Below, one piece after another: positions 17,765 through 28,700 of a stretch of DNA of 64,000 nt. Where the stretch lies: positions 1-64,000 of IMG/VR virus record IMGVR_UViG_3300027733_000049, one strand, 5' to 3'. The DNA comes from a virus. Under the pieces are notes generated by a model. That model had not been told where the DNA came from and did no database searches. It worked only from the letters and a program-made list of their open reading frames with translations. Position numbers and translations under genes: made by a program. Numbering within the stretch: position 1 is the stretch's first letter; each line of letters begins with the position of its first letter.

Positions 17765-20221
17765 ATGAGCCTACAACACGCTGCCCATCATTTAGCGTCA
17801 CAAGGTCGTGGACCTGACGATACGCTCGTCCATATGTCCCACCGTGAAGTGCGGAGCCTACAAGATATTGCACGGGCAAATGGCGGTTCGTTGACCATTA
17901 ATCCTGAGACTGGCCTTGTTGAAGCTGGGTTCTTGACTAACCTTTTGCCTATGATTGCAGGGGCAGCTTTGACGGCAACTGGGGTTGGTGCGCCTTTAGC
18001 GGCTTTGATGGTGGGCGGGTTCCAAACTGCTCGTACTGGCAGTTTAGAAAAAGGTCTCATGGCGGGACTTGGGGCTTATGGTGGCGCTGGGTTAGCGGGT
18101 GGACTGTCTGCTTCCGCTGGGGCGGCAGAAGCTGCTAATCCTGCTGCAAACCTTGCAGGTAAAGCTGTTCCTCCAATTGAACAAATTAACCCCTCTAATG
18201 CGTTATCAGTAACTGATAAACTTAAATATGGTATTCAGGGTCTTGGCACGGAAACAGGACGCAATGCCGCTCTTAATGCAATGGGTGGTGGGTTTGGAGC
18301 CGCTAAAACCGCAGGTATGGCGTTAGCCCCCGTACTTACAGACACTGGCGATCAAAAAGCCCCGCCTTCAGACAACGAGCAGTACAACTTTGAGTACGAT
18401 CCCGGACGTGTGGAAAACCCTGATGAAGGGTATACAGGCGCATTTACTGGCGAACGTACGCACTTTAAACCAAGCTATACACGACTACCTAATACCAGAG
18501 TGACTGGGATGCGTGATGGCGGTCCAGCTTATTCTGACGACAGTGGCGTTTCATTTTATGACGACGATGAAAATGTAAAAAGATATGCAGGTGAGACTGG
18601 TAGCGTAGTTAAAGACGACAAAGATAAAGCAGTCGGTATACAAGGGGCCGCTGCCGCCAAAAACTACGTACCGTTTGAATATCCAGCAACAGCAGCGCAA
18701 CCTGCCGGAAGCGTCCAACCTGTTGCAGCAAATCCGTTTTACACAATGACGGGCCAATCTGCTGATGCGTACAGATACTTGATGGGTTTAGGACCGCAAA
18801 CAAAAGGCCCAACTGTAGTTAAACCGCCTGTTATTACAGACGCTCCCGTGACTACTGAAAAACCCGTAGTCACTACAAGACCAGTTGTTACATTAGGTCC
18901 AGTAATTACTACTCCGTTTGAGACGTTTACGGAAGAAGAAACGACCGGTGAGTTGACTACCTTTGAAGACGATACAACCGAGGAAGAAACAACCGAGGAA
19001 GAAGAAACGACCGGTGAGTTGACTACCTTTGAAGACGATACAACCGAGGAAGAAGAAACGACCACTGAAGAAGAATACACAACCAGTGAGTTGACTACCT
19101 TTGAAGATGATACAACCGAAGAAGAAACGACCACTGAAGAAGAATACACAACCGAAGAAACTACGCTTTCTATTTATAGAGAACCAACTGTCACTATTGG
19201 TGACCCCAATATAACAATAGAGGACTTTACGTTTCCAGACTTTACGGTAGAACAAGTTACCGTAGACAAAACTGACAAATCTTTTTGGGATGATCCTAAT
19301 TTGGTAGACGTTGGTCCTTCAAGAGGCTTAATTAAAAATCAAGAAGAATTAGATGAATCATTTGACAAATATTTAGCAACTAATACAGATAGTCTTTTTG
19401 GAGGTTGTCCTGCGCCTTGGATCAACATTTTGATGGCGGACGGGGGCCTTGTAAAAGCTGGCGACATTAAACCCGGTATGCAAGTCTATACACGGCATGA
19501 AACCACCAATGAGTGGGGCGTCTACCCTGTGACTGCTATGGAGATGGGTGAAGACAATCGCTGGGAAGTGGTGTTAGAAGACGGACGTATTTTTGTTGGT
19601 ACGTTCAACCACCGCGTGCATACTGATGATAACTGGACTGAGATTCGTAATCTAAAAGCAGGTGACAAACTTGTTCAGCCAGAAGGCTTTGGAATTGTTA
19701 AATCTAACAAAGAATTAGACCACGGCCCAGTTGTCAAAATTACTGTTGCTGATGCGCATACATATATTTCTGAAGGCTTCCTGTCACACAATGTAAAAAT
19801 TATGGATGGTTATGATTTAGACGGGAGTTTTGATTTCCGTGGCGGTTCTGGCGGGGGCGGTAAGTACTATGACGATTTTAGTAGCCAAGCCATGGCTGCT
19901 GGTGGTATGACGTCCCCAATGATTCGTGGTCTAAGTGATCTTGGTGGCTACTCCGATGGTGGTCGTCTGTTACGTGGCCCCGGCGATGGTGTATCTGACA
20001 GCATCCCTGCAACAATTGGTGGCAAACAACCTGCACGCCTAGCTGATGGTGAGTTTGTAATTCCGGCACGGATTGTGTCTGAATTGGGTAACGGCTCAAC
20101 CGAAGCTGGCGCACGTAAACTGTACGCCATGATGGAGCGTATCCAAGCTGCCCGTGGCAAAACAGTTGGTAAAAACCGTGTGGCTGCAAATTCGCGTGCT
20201 GATAGGCATCTGCCCGTATGA
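17765..20221 (+). CDS. Internal virion/ejection protein with Thr/Glu repeats and a Hint domain
   Basis: N-terminal GRG.DD.LVHM...INPETGL.EA; Gly/Ala hydrophobic segments; C-terminal GPGDG.SDSIPA...LADGEFVIPA motif; Hint at residues 548-676. Confidence 0.75.
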   Translation: MSLQHAAHHLASQGRGPDDTLVHMSHREVRSLQDIARANGGSLTINPETGLVEAGFLTNLLPMIAGAALTATGVGAPLAALMVGGFQTARTGSLEKGLMAGLGAYGGAGLAGGLSASAGAAEAANPAANLAGKAVPPIEQINPSNALSVTDKLKYGIQGLGTETGRNAALNAMGGGFGAAKTAGMALAPVLTDTGDQKAPPSDNEQYNFEYDPGRVENPDEGYTGAFTGERTHFKPSYTRLPNTRVTGMRDGGPAYSDDSGVSFYDDDENVKRYAGETGSVVKDDKDKAVGIQGAAAAKNYVPFEYPATAAQPAGSVQPVAANPFYTMTGQSADAYRYLMGLGPQTKGPTVVKPPVITDAPVTTEKPVVTTRPVVTLGPVITTPFETFTEEETTGELTTFEDDTTEEETTEEEETTGELTTFEDDTTEEEETTTEEEYTTSELTTFEDDTTEEETTTEEEYTTEETTLSIYREPTVTIGDPNITIEDFTFPDFTVEQVTVDKTDKSFWDDPNLVDVGPSRGLIKNQEELDESFDKYLATNTDSLFGGCPAPWINILMADGGLVKAGDIKPGMQVYTRHETTNEWGVYPVTAMEMGEDNRWEVVLEDGRIFVGTFNHRVHTDDNWTEIRNLKAGDKLVQPEGFGIVKSNKELDHGPVVKITVADAHTYISEGFLSHNVKIMDGYDLDGSFDFRGGSGGGGKYYDDFSSQAMAAGGMTSPMIRGLSDLGGYSDGGRLLRGPGDGVSDSIPATIGGKQPARLADGEFVIPARIVSELGNGSTEAGARKLYAMMERIQAARGKTVGKNRVAANSRADRHLPV
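18932..19165 (+). repeat. Coding tandem repeat (TTGELTTFEDDTTEEE units)
   Basis: gtgagttgactacctttgaaga recurs at 18948, 19014 and 19086 (periods 66 and 72 nt). Confidence 0.9.
19406..19792 (+). other. Hint (intein-like) domain, 129 aa, no homing endonuclease
   Basis: Block A CPAPWINILMADG, block B GTFNHRV (TxxH), blocks F/G VVKITVADAHTYISEGFLSHN; +1 residue is Val. Confidence 0.8.
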
Positions 20222-20622
20222 ATATTGAGCGTGTAGACGTTGCGCATGTCCATCATGTGTGGCCTTTGGTAGAGGGGCATATCTTCTCCGCCCTTGAGCA
20301 TTCAAAAGGCGACTACACGCTGGATCAGGTTAAAACGCTAGTAGCCCTAGGTAACTGGACGCTATTGGTTGCTGTAGATGATAATGGCGTACATGGTGCG
20401 GCAACAGTTGATTTTTTTAATCGGCCCAATGACCGTATAGCATTTATTACAGCCATAGGTGGGCATTTAGTATCTAGTCCTGATTCAGTTGAGCAACTTA
20501 AAAAACTGCTTGGATCTTTTGGGGCTACATGTATAGAAGGTGCGGCAAGAGAATCGATTGCACGTTTATGGTCAAGGTACGGCTTTGAAGAGAAGTACCG
20601 AATTGTAGGAGTAAAAATATGA
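20218..20622 (+). CDS. GNAT-like fold protein in the ejection module
   Basis: AFITAIGG...G..CIEGAARESIARLW..YGF pattern; location between ejection genes. Confidence 0.45.
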   Translation: MNIERVDVAHVHHVWPLVEGHIFSALEHSKGDYTLDQVKTLVALGNWTLLVAVDDNGVHGAATVDFFNRPNDRIAFITAIGGHLVSSPDSVEQLKKLLGSFGATCIEGAARESIARLWSRYGFEEKYRIVGVKI

Positions 20623-22745
20623 GCGGTGGCGGAAGCAGCAGTGGGACATCCACGCAAATACAAGACGTACCAGATTGGGCAAAACCGTATGCTAAGACTG
20701 CGCTAGGGCAGGCATCCCAATTAACGGATATTACTAAGAACCCGTACCAGTCGTATACGGGTGATCGTACTGCGCAGTTTACGCCTTTGCAGCAACAGTC
20801 CTACCAAGGTGCTGCGGCTATGCAGGCTGGCCCGCAAGCGTTTCAATCGCAAGTTGGTCAGTACATGTCTCCGTACATGCAACAAGTTGTGGAACGTCAA
20901 CAACAAGATGCTACACGCCAAGCTGGTATTGCAGAACAAGCTCAGAAAGCTCAAGCTGCTCGTATGGGTGCGTTTGGTGGTAGCGGTGACTATTTAGCTC
21001 GTGGTCAAGCTGCGTCTGCTTTGGCTCGCCAAAAGGGTGATATTCAAGCCCAAGGATTACAAGCGGCTTTTGGTAACGCAACCAACCAGTACAACCAAGG
21101 TCAAAGCCAAAACATGGCGATTAACCAGTTGCAAAATCAATATGGTGGTCAGCAACAGCAACAAGTACAGAACATTCTTAGTCAGCAACAGCAAGACTTC
21201 CAAGACCAGAAGCGTTATCCATATCAGCAATTAGAGTTTATGTCTGGTTTGATGCGTGGCACGCCCATGGGTACTGTGTCCTCAATGTATCAAGCTCCCG
21301 GTAGTGCGTTAGGCCAAGTTGCAGGTCTAGGCATGGGTGCATATGGACTATCCCAGATGGGTATGAAGTTTGCCGATGGGGGCGCTGTTGGTTATGCGGG
21401 TGGTGGTTATGCTGATGGTGGGAGCGTTGACCACCCAGATAATGTTGCCTCTATTGTTCATACATTAAGTGATTTGCAACTTGCACATGCTGAACAGGCC
21501 GCAAAAGCCCGAGGTGATGTCGAACAGTTAGATGCAATTGAAAAAGAAAAAGCTATGCGTGCGTCTGAACGTGGCGGCATGGCAGGCGCATTTAACAGCC
21601 TTCCCGAGGAACAGCAAGAGCATATGTTGGCGGGTGGTGGTATGGCGGTTGCCTTTAAAAAAGGCGGTGATGAAGGTGAAAATACATACTTTCAAGACCC
21701 TATGGGTGCGCCATCTGTTTCTGAAGGTCGTGCGCCAAGCGCGGCAGACTTTGTACCTGACTTTCGTCAAAACGTAACAGAAGGTGAGTCATACACCCCC
21801 GGCCTACGTGGGATGTTGTTTGGCTACGATGTGAAAAAACCCGCACCAAAAGAAGAGAAGCCTAAAGAAACACCGTACGATCCAAGCACTGCTACACGTC
21901 GTTCGGACTTTGACGGTAAGAAACAGCAAATTAGTCCCGTTGTCAAACGCGGAATTTCTGAACTTGCGGCCTCACGTGGTCTGTCAGAAGACGACCTGAT
22001 GGAGTCCACCAAAAAAATGATGGCGTACTTTGATTCTCGTAGCAAGCCAGAGATGGACAAGCTACAAGCCATGATTGACCAAGGTGCGGGTGAGTCAAAA
22101 GAAATTAAAGAACAGGCGCTTGGTAGAGCACTTGCTAAATATGGTTTTGACTGGGCGGCTAAAGCATCTCAGCCCGGGGCACGTTTCCTTGGTAGTGCTT
22201 CCGCCGCCGCTCCATCTATTGCAGAGTCTGTAGCTGAAAGCCAAAAGCTTGAACAAGCCGCTAAACAAAATCAACTCAAGCTTAATATGTCTATGCAACA
22301 GTTTCGTATTGCACAGAGCAAGGGCGATGAGCGTGCAGCTATGTCTTGGGCACAGCAAGTACGTCAGTTAAAACAATTTGACCAACAGATCGATCTTAAA
22401 CGTCAAGAACTTGGCATCCATGCGGCTGGTATTTCTCAAAAGAATCAGCAGTTCAATGCCATGATGGGCGCACGTATGGCGTCTGCTGGGGCACAAAATA
22501 AACAAGCTCAAGCACGCTTGGCTAAAGTTGGTACTGACGCCGCGTTTAAATACGATGAGTCAAACCGTCGTATTAAAGATGAGTTGATTAAACAACACGG
22601 TCCTGTTGCAGGCGAAGCTCTGTACAGGCAGGGTCGAAAGAATTATATTAATGAGGCAATGCAGTCCACTTCTGACTCTATGTTAGACAGCCGTGGTAGC
22701 GAAGGTAGTAGCGCTCGTAATGTATTTGATCTGTTGGAAGACTAA
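20619..22745 (+). CDS. DNA ejection / pilot protein
   Basis: MSGGGSS...P.WA.PY, YMSPYMQQV, GAFGGSG, Gln-rich, YPYQQL.F; FADGG motifs. Confidence 0.65.
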   Translation: MSGGGSSSGTSTQIQDVPDWAKPYAKTALGQASQLTDITKNPYQSYTGDRTAQFTPLQQQSYQGAAAMQAGPQAFQSQVGQYMSPYMQQVVERQQQDATRQAGIAEQAQKAQAARMGAFGGSGDYLARGQAASALARQKGDIQAQGLQAAFGNATNQYNQGQSQNMAINQLQNQYGGQQQQQVQNILSQQQQDFQDQKRYPYQQLEFMSGLMRGTPMGTVSSMYQAPGSALGQVAGLGMGAYGLSQMGMKFADGGAVGYAGGGYADGGSVDHPDNVASIVHTLSDLQLAHAEQAAKARGDVEQLDAIEKEKAMRASERGGMAGAFNSLPEEQQEHMLAGGGMAVAFKKGGDEGENTYFQDPMGAPSVSEGRAPSAADFVPDFRQNVTEGESYTPGLRGMLFGYDVKKPAPKEEKPKETPYDPSTATRRSDFDGKKQQISPVVKRGISELAASRGLSEDDLMESTKKMMAYFDSRSKPEMDKLQAMIDQGAGESKEIKEQALGRALAKYGFDWAAKASQPGARFLGSASAAAPSIAESVAESQKLEQAAKQNQLKLNMSMQQFRIAQSKGDERAAMSWAQQVRQLKQFDQQIDLKRQELGIHAAGISQKNQQFNAMMGARMASAGAQNKQAQARLAKVGTDAAFKYDESNRRIKDELIKQHGPVAGEALYRQGRKNYINEAMQSTSDSMLDSRGSEGSSARNVFDLLED

Positions 22746-22747
22746 AC

Positions 22748-25700
22748 ATGATTATCAATCTGCCCAAACTTGGGGACGTTGAGTTTCCAGATAATGTCAC
22801 GCCCGAACAGTTAAATGGGTTGTTGGGCAAATTGTCTGAAAAATATGATTTCCGTTTACCAAAGCCAGAAGCAAGTTTAGGTACGATTGCAAAGCGTGGT
22901 GTGATGCGTTCTTTGGGAGAAACAGGTATCGCGTTTGGCGATCTGGCTCCCGCAATGCTCAACGAGTTTGTTGGTGGTGATAAAGAATATACGCAGCGCC
23001 AGATGGGTGAAGCGCAAGCTTCCCGTGAAGAACTTCAACGTAAGTACCCCACACGGTTTAAATCTTACAAAAACATTGACAGCCCATTTGAAGCAATTGA
23101 ATACGGTGCTGAAACTTTAGGCGAGCTAATCCCCACTGCCGCTACTACCATGATCCCCGGTGCAGGTGCAGGTGTTGTAGGTGGCAGAATGGCGGCAGGC
23201 AATGTAATGCGTTCTGCCTTGCAAGCTGGCCCACTATCCCGTGCGGGTATGGCTACGGCACAAACTGCCGCCAAAGAAGCCGGTCAAGTTGCAGGTCGCC
23301 GTGCTATGTATGCAGGCAACTACATGGGTTCATTTGCGCAAAACGCCCCTGAAGTCTTTGAAGGTATTTACCAAGAAACTGGCAAGTTTGAACCGGGGAT
23401 TGCCGCCCTTGCAGGTGGTATTAGTTCTGTGTTGGACTCTATTGTCCCAACTAAAGTCATGGATCAACTTGGCACATATGGCAAATTAAAGCTCGTTGAG
23501 AAGTTGGCTAAAGAATCGGGTGCGGCCCCCAATGTGTGGAAGCGTATTGGCATCGATGCCGCTAAGACTGCGGCTACGGAAGGCTTAACTGAGTCTGCAC
23601 AAGAATCAATTGGTGCATATGCAGAACAAGTCGCAGGCAGTGCCAAGGGCATACTAGATCCCGAGAACATCCAACGCTACAAAGAATCATTTGTTAAAGG
23701 TGCTATTGGTGGTTCAGCTTTTGCCGTGCCTCAAGCTGTGTCTCAGTACCGCACAATTAAACGTGATCAGTTTGCAACTAAAGAAGCACAAGATGCTTTG
23801 GCACAGCAAGATCAACTTGCAAAACAGCAGGCTCAACAGCCAACAGCTATGCAACAACAAGTGATGAAAGCCGCGCAGCCCCAGCCCGGTGTTCCTCGCA
23901 CACAGGAAGAACTTGAGGAAGCTTTTAGATACACGCAAGAAGAGTTGGGCATCTTACAGAAGCGTATGGATGAGTCACGTCCCGGCTCACCAGCTTATGC
24001 AGAATTGGATGCCGCAATCAAAGCTAAACAAGTTGAAGCAGATAAGATCAGCCAAGAGAAAGCCAAAACCAGTGTGTTTGCTGCCGCCAAACCAAATGAA
24101 CAAGGTTTGTATCCCGCACAACAACCGGTTGATGTCAACACAGTTAAGTCATTAGGTGTTAACCCTACATCTAAAGCTGCTCAATCATTAATGGGGCTTG
24201 ACTTAAACACACCTGAAGGTGTGACTACGTTTGTACAAACACTTGAAGATCCGGGCTACAAGGGTAGTATTAATGAAGCCGCATACAACAGCCTCGTATC
24301 TACATTTGACCCCGCCACAGTTGCGACGGCTAGAGAAAGCCTCAAAGGAGCGCCCAATGTTGCAAGACCTAACGCCCCAACAGGTGGAACAAGCACTAAG
24401 GTGGCTAGCCAGCCCAGTGGTGGACAGCCCACCGCAGGAGCTACTACATCTAAACGAGATGGAATGGTTTCTACTGGACAGAATGTTGACAACACTGTTG
24501 GTGGAGAAGGACAGCCAACCACTCCAGTAGCCACATTCCAGACATCTAAGGGCAGTACCTACATTGTTGGTACAGATGGTAAAACAAGTCGTACCAAACT
24601 CTCCCCCGGAAAAGGACAAGGAGAGACATACGAGCCACACACTGCCTTGTTTGTAAACCCCGGTGACCATACTGAAATCTTAAGTGACATGCAAGGTGGT
24701 ATGGGCGACCACTCTGTCCGTTTGGGTTATATGGCAAACGGCAAGTTTGTTCAAATACAGAGCATTTCTGAAATACCTGATGGTGCAGAACCTAAAGTTG
24801 GAGTGTTTAATAAGAAGACTGGCGCAACTGTTGGGATGTACGGTGCCGCAACTGCACCTGCAATGGGGTTGCATCCAGTTGAAAAGTTGTACAAAACTGA
24901 TGGTACTGCATCGACCCACGTTGGCAATTCAATTACTAAGATTGATAAAGCAGTTGCAGAGGAAAGCCAAGAGCTAGACCCGCTTTTTGAATATGCGGTG
25001 TCTTTGATCCAAACAGGTGTTGAACCTACGCCTAGCGCCCTTGCAAAAGAACTTGATATTGATCAAGAACGTGCTTTGGAAATCTTGGCGCAGATGGATT
25101 CTGAAGGTATGTTTGACGAGATTGCTAAACAAAATGCAATTGAGGTGGGCAAACGTAAACCACCACCCAAACAACCACCTGTAGGTACAGTTAAGACAAT
25201 TAACATCCCGCAAGAAGAAGTGGTGACTGAAGTTGATAAAACCAACGCTTCTGATAAAGAAAAAGTCAAAGCGCTTGCTGATTCAAAGAGTAAAACTCCC
25301 AAGGAAAAAGACGCCCGTGCATATTTTGGGCGGTTAGAACTTGGTTTAGCGCTTCGCACTATTGCCAATGACTTGGTACTTCAGCCTACGAGATACCGCA
25401 ACTCATTGATGACGAGCCTTAAAGACAGCCCCGAAGGTGCGGAACCACTTTTTAAAGATGAAGCAGAAGCTAAACTGCATCGTGGTCAGGGTGGTGTACA
25501 TACCCGTAACGCATCTGAGTGGGTGCGTGAAAACCTGTCGCCTAAGAATGTTGCCTACATGGATAAGTGGGTTGCGCAATATACAAAAGAAGACCAACGT
25601 GCACAACGGTTTTCAAAGAAGTTTGAAAAACAACAAGAACAAAGAGCCAACGTAGAAACGCAGGTTAAAGAAGAATCTCAAGCCGCTAAAAAGCAAGGCG

Positions 25701-28700
25701 AGTATGTGCCTACCGCAGAAGAAGCCGCAGAAGCCGCCGCCACAGAGACTTTGGTAGAAAAGGGCAAGAAGAACCTACAAACTCTTGCATACGAGTTAGA
25801 GAATGACTTGTATGGCAGTGACGAAGATTTGCTTGCCTCCAAAGATATTGCCGCGCTGTTCAACCAAGCGCACCCCGTTGTGCTTGACCTACTTGCTCGC
25901 GGTCAACTGACCCGTGCCCTGCAATCGCTGTCGGATACTGCCTCATCAGAGTTTGTTCGTAGAACTGCGGAAACTTTGTCCAAGGTTACTGGCACTACCA
26001 AACTTGTGTATGGCGCAAAGGAGTCTAGGTTTGACCCTGCGACTAACACCGTTTATCTACGTGATAGTGCGACCGACTACGAAATTTTGCATGAGATGTC
26101 CCATGCCGGTTTGTCCCACATAATCTCCAACCCATCGCATCCAGTTACAAAACAACTGGGTCAAATCTTTGCGCAAATCAAAGGTGATATTGATGGTGCA
26201 TATGGTGCAAAGAACTTACAAGAATTTGTAGCAGAAGCTTGGAGTAACGAAGACTTCAGGGGCCACTTAAAAGAAAAGTACGCTCCCGGCAACAAGTTGT
26301 CTGTTTGGGACAAGATCATGAACGTCCTACGTCGCATGATTGGTTACCCTCCCAAGACACAGGAGTCTGTGCTTGATAGCGTTGATCGCATGTTGAACCA
26401 AATTGCCAGTGTTGCGCCCGACATGCGTAAGGGAGATTCTCTGTATGCACAAGCTATGCAACACCCCAACTTGGCTCAAAAAGTTATGGGGAAAGTGGAC
26501 GACGTAATCCAGCAGCAGCAGGTTATGACTCCAGAGCGTGCCGCTGAATGGGTGGGTAAAGCTGAAAACATGGGCATCAGTTTCCGTTCTGCCATGCAAA
26601 GGTTCTTAAACCTCTCAGCGCTAGGGCAAGTGGGTAGTAACTACGTTGGACGTGATGCAATTACGTTTTCCGATAAGGTCAACGAGATGGCGGGTTACTA
26701 CGAAAACTTGATGAACAAACTCAAGCCTCTGGTTGACCGTGAAGAAGCATTTGCTAAGACTGACCGTTATCAATTTTGGTCTACCCTTGTGAACGACTCT
26801 ACTGTGGAGGATGTAAATCCTACCGCACCACGCAAAAACTATGAAGGTTCTCCAGAGAAGCTGGCCGCATGGGATCAGTTGAACAGACGCTACAACACGT
26901 TGACCGATACAGAAAAGAAACTGTACAACGATCACTTCAGTGCGTTCAAGGAAATGTTCAAAGAACTGAAAGCTTCTATTAGAGGCAGTCTGAACCAGAC
27001 TTTCCGCAACGAAGATGGATCACCTGATGATGCCCGTATATCGTCTGCCTATGAAAAGATCATGGACAAGATTACAAAGATGGGCATCGATCACTACTCA
27101 CCTTTGTATCGTCATGGCTCGTTTTGGCTAGTCTACACAGACAAGAATACCAATGAGTCTGTATCAAAACTGTTTGAAAGCCAAGCAGAACGAAGACTTG
27201 AACGTAATAAGTTGGAAACCGAGGGGCATACTGGCTTTGATGAGCCTGTGCGTATGGATCAGATGAAATCCAAATCTGTTCCACGTGGAACAGTTGCCGC
27301 AGATATTGTGAAGATCATGAAAGACGGTAACGCGGATGAGAAGGCTATCGATGCCTTCTATCAACTTATTGTCAGTGCCCTGCCAGAGACCAGCGTGCTC
27401 AAGTCGTTTCAAAAACGTAAGAACACCCCCGGCTACATAGATGATGCGGCACTGGCGTTTACCAACGTCACAAGCAACATGGCACGTCAGTTGTCCCGCA
27501 TGAAGTACAACGAAGAACTCAAAGGCTTGGTTGATAAGATGCGTACGACTGTGGGTCAAAGTCGTGGCAAGGATGCCTTGCGTGGTGCTGAAGTTGTAAA
27601 AGAACTAGAAGCACGTCGTGAGTTTGCGATGAACCCCACCCTGTCTGACATATCACGCTATGCAAGTGGGGGGGCTTTTTACTTTAACTTGGCAGGTAAC
27701 ATTTCATCTGCTGTGGTCAACTTAGTACAAACCCCAATGGCGACTTACCCTCAACTTGGTGGTGAGTATGGCTACTTAGAGGCAGGTAGGGCATTGATTG
27801 CGGCTACCAAATTGTATGGATCATCAGGGTTATCCCGTATAGTCACTGACATAAATGGTCAGCAGTCCACAGAAAAAGCCATGTTGTCTGTTGAAAACCT
27901 TGTCAATGCAGGTAAAGCCCCGCAGTACAAAGAACTTGTAAAACGTCTGAATGAATTGGGCTTCTTACAAAATACAACAATGCGTGAGGCGTTGGAAGCA
28001 AGCAACCGTGGCGAAATCAACAAGGGTAAGTCTTCGGATCTAATGAACGATGTTACCCAAAAGGCTACGTTCCTGTTCCACCATGCCGAGCGTGCCAACC
28101 GTGAAGTCTCTGCAATCGCTACGTACGACTTAGAAATGCAGAAGCTGAAAAACAACAAGCAGATGAACGATGAGCAAAAGCAGGCTCAAGCAATTGAAAA
28201 AGCAGTGCGTATGTTGGAATTCACGCACGGTGCAAGTCACACAGAATCTGCCCCCAGTATTGGTCACTCCGACATTGGTAAGATTTTGACAGTGTTCAAG
28301 CGTTTTGGTTTCACCATGTATTACATGTTGTTTGACACAATCCGCAGATCACTTCCAATAGCAGGTGCTACTGGTAAAGAACTTGAGGGTATTCAAGCGG
28401 CTCGTCGCCAACTGATTGGCACATACGGCATGGCAGGGATCTTTGCAGGTGCTAAAGGTTTGCCCTTGTATTGGGTTGCTGAGTTGGCATACAACGCATT
28501 GAACGATGACGACGAAGATGACTTTGATGCTGTCATGCGTAAATATCTTGGTGAGCTTGCGTTTAAAGGACCTGTTAATTACTTTACTAACTTAGGCATT
28601 GCAGATCGCGTGGGTTGGACTGACCTAATCTACCGTGAAAACAAAGGTGATAAAGCCGATGCAAGTGCCTTGAGCCAATTTGTAGAGAGCGTGTTGGGTG

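Noticed and set aside
19406-19792. Mobile canonical intein
   Set aside because: No homing endonuclease and the +1 residue is Val, not Cys/Ser/Thr.
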